DNA from: Candidatus Saccharimonadota bacterium
GTDB taxonomy: Bacteria; Pseudomonadota; Gammaproteobacteria; Enterobacterales; Enterobacteriaceae
Length of the DNA stretch: 32,000 bases
Reading direction: 5' to 3'
Assembly: GCA_049942765.1 (NCBI GenBank)
Contig: CP188086.1
Coordinates: 510,001-542,000 of the forward strand
Shown: positions 29,859-32,000 of the stretch, piece by piece
Layout of the letters: each line of letters begins with the position of its first letter
Position numbering within the stretch: position 1 is the first letter of the stretch
Notes under the pieces: model-generated
Told to the model about the DNA's origin: nothing
Database searches by the model: none
What the model saw: only the letters and a program-made list of their open reading frames with translations
Program-made: the position numbers and the translations under genes

Positions 29859-30197
29859 ACTAAATTACCATCAAAATAATTGTAAATTACAAAAATATAG
29901 AGTTATACTAATAAACATAAAAATATTTTTATCTTTATCCAATAAAAAAAATATTTTTCTAAATAATTAACAATGAAAAAAAAAAAATATATTGAATTTT
30001 TCAAAATTAAATTATTTTTAAATAAAACTATAATCAACAAATTAAAATTTCTTTTATATATTATAATTAATATTTAAGTTTTTAAAAAAATCATTATTCT
30101 TTAATAATAACGTTATCTACTACAATATATTATTAATTACTAAACTAATGTAAAAACTATACTAATACATAACTAACGTACATAAAAAACATCATAC

Positions 30198-31424
30198 TTA
30201 ATCAATTAATTTTTTAAATAATAGACTGACATTTACCCCACCAAAACCCATACTATTTGACATCACAAAAAAAAGTTTTTTATACATTACTTGTCTAACT
30301 ATATTAGAATGTTTAGCTAAAACATCTAAATGATCAATATTAATGCAAGGTGCTACAAAATTATTTTTCAACATTAATAACGAATAAATAACCTCTTGTA
30401 CTCCCGATGCTCCTAAAGCATGACCAGTCATAGATTTTGTCGAAGATATTAAAGGCATGTATGGATATGTAAATACCTTATGAATAGCATTTAATTCTTG
30501 AATATCTCCGTATTTAGTAGAAGTAGCATGTACATTTAAATAATCGACTAAATGAGTATCTATATTTTTTAATGCATATCTCATTGCACGTATCATACCT
30601 GAAGTTGAAGATCTAACTATATGATAACCATCAGATGCAGAACCGCAACCAATAATTTCAGCATAAATAGGAGCTTTTCGCAACAATGCATGATTTAACT
30701 CTTCTAATACTAGAATACCAGATCCTTCAGAGATAACAAAACCATCTCTATCTAAATCATAAGGACGAGATGCAGTAGAAGGTTGATCATTATATCGCGT
30801 AGATAAAACACCCATTGCATCAAATAAACATGCTAACTCCCATGTTGATTCTTCAGAACCACCAGCAAAAATTATATCTTGTTTTCCTAATTGAATTAAT
30901 TCGACAGCATTAACAATACAACTAGCAGATGTAGCACATGCTGAACTAATAGAGTAACTTACACCATATATTTTTAAAACAGTACACAAACAAGCAGATA
31001 TACTAGAAGACATAGATTGTATTATAGCATAAGGACCTATAGATTGAACTCTTTTTCGTTTTCTCATTGAATCTAATGCTTTGATTTGCACTTCAGGAGA
31101 ATTAATACTAGACCCTACTATAATTCCAACCCGAGGATTTTTTTGATATAAATTAACAGAAATCATAGCATCTTCAATAGCTTGCATAGCAGCTAAATAT
31201 GCATAAAGTGACGCTTTATTCATAATTCGAAGAATACTTCTATTAATTTTTAAATTGTTTTTCAATTTCACCTTACCACAAATATGACTACGCATTCCTG
31301 ATAATTGCATTTTTTTAGAAAAATCTATTCCTGATTGACCTACTTTTAAAGCATTCAAAACTTCATTTTGATTATTTCCAATACTAGATAATATACCTAG
31401 TCCAGTAACTACAACACGTTTCAC
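30198..31424 (-). CDS. fabB: 3-oxoacyl-ACP synthase I (KAS I)
   Basis: (M)KRVVVTGLGILSSIGNNQNEV is colinear with E. coli FabB (408 aa vs 406). The active-site Cys lies in YSISSACATSA, and the His residues in NVHATST and MTGHALGASG. The start codon is GTG (31424..31422) with GAGGA 5 nt upstream. Confidence 0.95.
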   Translation of the reverse strand: MKRVVVTGLGILSSIGNNQNEVLNALKVGQSGIDFSKKMQLSGMRSHICGKVKLKNNLKINRSILRIMNKASLYAYLAAMQAIEDAMISVNLYQKNPRVGIIVGSSINSPEVQIKALDSMRKRKRVQSIGPYAIIQSMSSSISACLCTVLKIYGVSYSISSACATSASCIVNAVELIQLGKQDIIFAGGSEESTWELACLFDAMGVLSTRYNDQPSTASRPYDLDRDGFVISEGSGILVLEELNHALLRKAPIYAEIIGCGSASDGYHIVRSSTSGMIRAMRYALKNIDTHLVDYLNVHATSTKYGDIQELNAIHKVFTYPYMPLISSTKSMTGHALGASGVQEVIYSLLMLKNNFVAPCINIDHLDVLAKHSNIVRQVMYKKLFFVMSNSMGFGGVNVSLLFKKLID

Positions 31425-32000
31425 AAATATCCTCTAAATAAATATAAAATAATTCAATTACTATGTTATGAATGTAATTCAAAAAACAACAGTATAAATA
31501 TTCATAAAATCAATACAATATTTCATCCATATATAAATAACAATACTTAATAATTATTAAAATAATCAAATTAACAATTACATCTATACTATTCATAAAA
31601 AAAATTTTATTATCATTAAATATATTCAAGTAATTTATTTGTAATCGATAAAAAATCTATTTTAAAAATTTTGTCATACCTATAATTAAATATTTACTAA
31701 TCTAATTTAAAAAAATAACAATAATTTGAATGATTATTGAAATATATATAAAAACTCAATATAAGTTGTTTACATATTACAATGATACAAAATATTCACT
31801 CAATAAAGAATAAATTATAACCAGTATTTAATAAAAACGTTTTAAAATACTTATGTAATTAAAATATAATGGAGAAAACGTACTTGAATAAATAATTTTT
31901 TGTTTAACAATATATATTGTTCTATTTATCATTAAGATAAAATCCTATTTTGCATTACTACATATACTATATTATTTAATATATATATAAATTATTGATT

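Noticed and set aside
29973-30077. 34-codon ORF (MKKKKYIEFFKIKLFLNKTIINKLKFLLYIIINI) starting at an A12 tract in the tal-fabB spacer
   Set aside because: It has no SD, and its composition is what random ~90% AT sequence encodes. A rough estimate of about 0.11 stop probability per codon makes stop-free runs of this length expected somewhere in several kb of spacer over six frames. It would deserve attention only if conserved in relatives.
1-32000. Window-wide look for mobile elements, CRISPR arrays, phage or defence genes, toxin-antitoxin pairs, or an orphan multi-gene cassette that could be a novel system
   Set aside because: Every ORF of at least 150 aa is a recognisable housekeeping ortholog in conserved order. 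There are no transposase, integrase or nuclease-helicase-type ORFs, no long direct or inverted terminal repeats, and no regularly spaced repeats. The spacers are featureless AT-rich DNA.

Overview
The window is a very AT-rich, gene-dense stretch of conserved housekeeping and biosynthetic genes. It looks like a reduced gammaproteobacterial insect endosymbiont. From memory, the gene order matches Buchnera aphidicola: nth, rnfEGDCBA, ribE, tRNA-Val, tilS, metG, dcd, gnd, hisIFAHBCDG, smrB, aroC, bcp, dapA, dapE, tkt, tal, fabB. That assignment is an inference and no search was run. I call 27 protein genes (26 apparently intact plus frameshifted tilS), one tRNA and a few hairpin terminators. Every large ORF is colinear with a well-known E. 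coli ortholog: the Rnf/Rsx complex, riboflavin synthase, the full histidine operon, pentose-phosphate enzymes, lysine and chorismate steps, and FabB. I found no mobile elements, CRISPR arrays, defence or toxin genes, or orphan multi-gene cassettes, so I do not see an undescribed system here. The most noteworthy item is tilS, which is split into two frames exactly at an 11-A homopolymer. It is either an assembly error or a gene rescued by transcriptional or -1 ribosomal slippage. Secondary observations: other long in-frame poly(A) tracts in essential genes; a complete Rnf operon with no obvious partner; long AT-rich spacers where E. coli has genes (gcvR, prmB, bamC/purC); no hisL attenuator; one strand-asymmetric GC-rich terminator; a perfect 12-bp palindrome without a U-tail; a C-terminally truncated MetRS; and several non-ATG starts with strong Shine-Dalgarno sites. 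Several ORF-track starts were trimmed using ortholog N-termini and SD positions.
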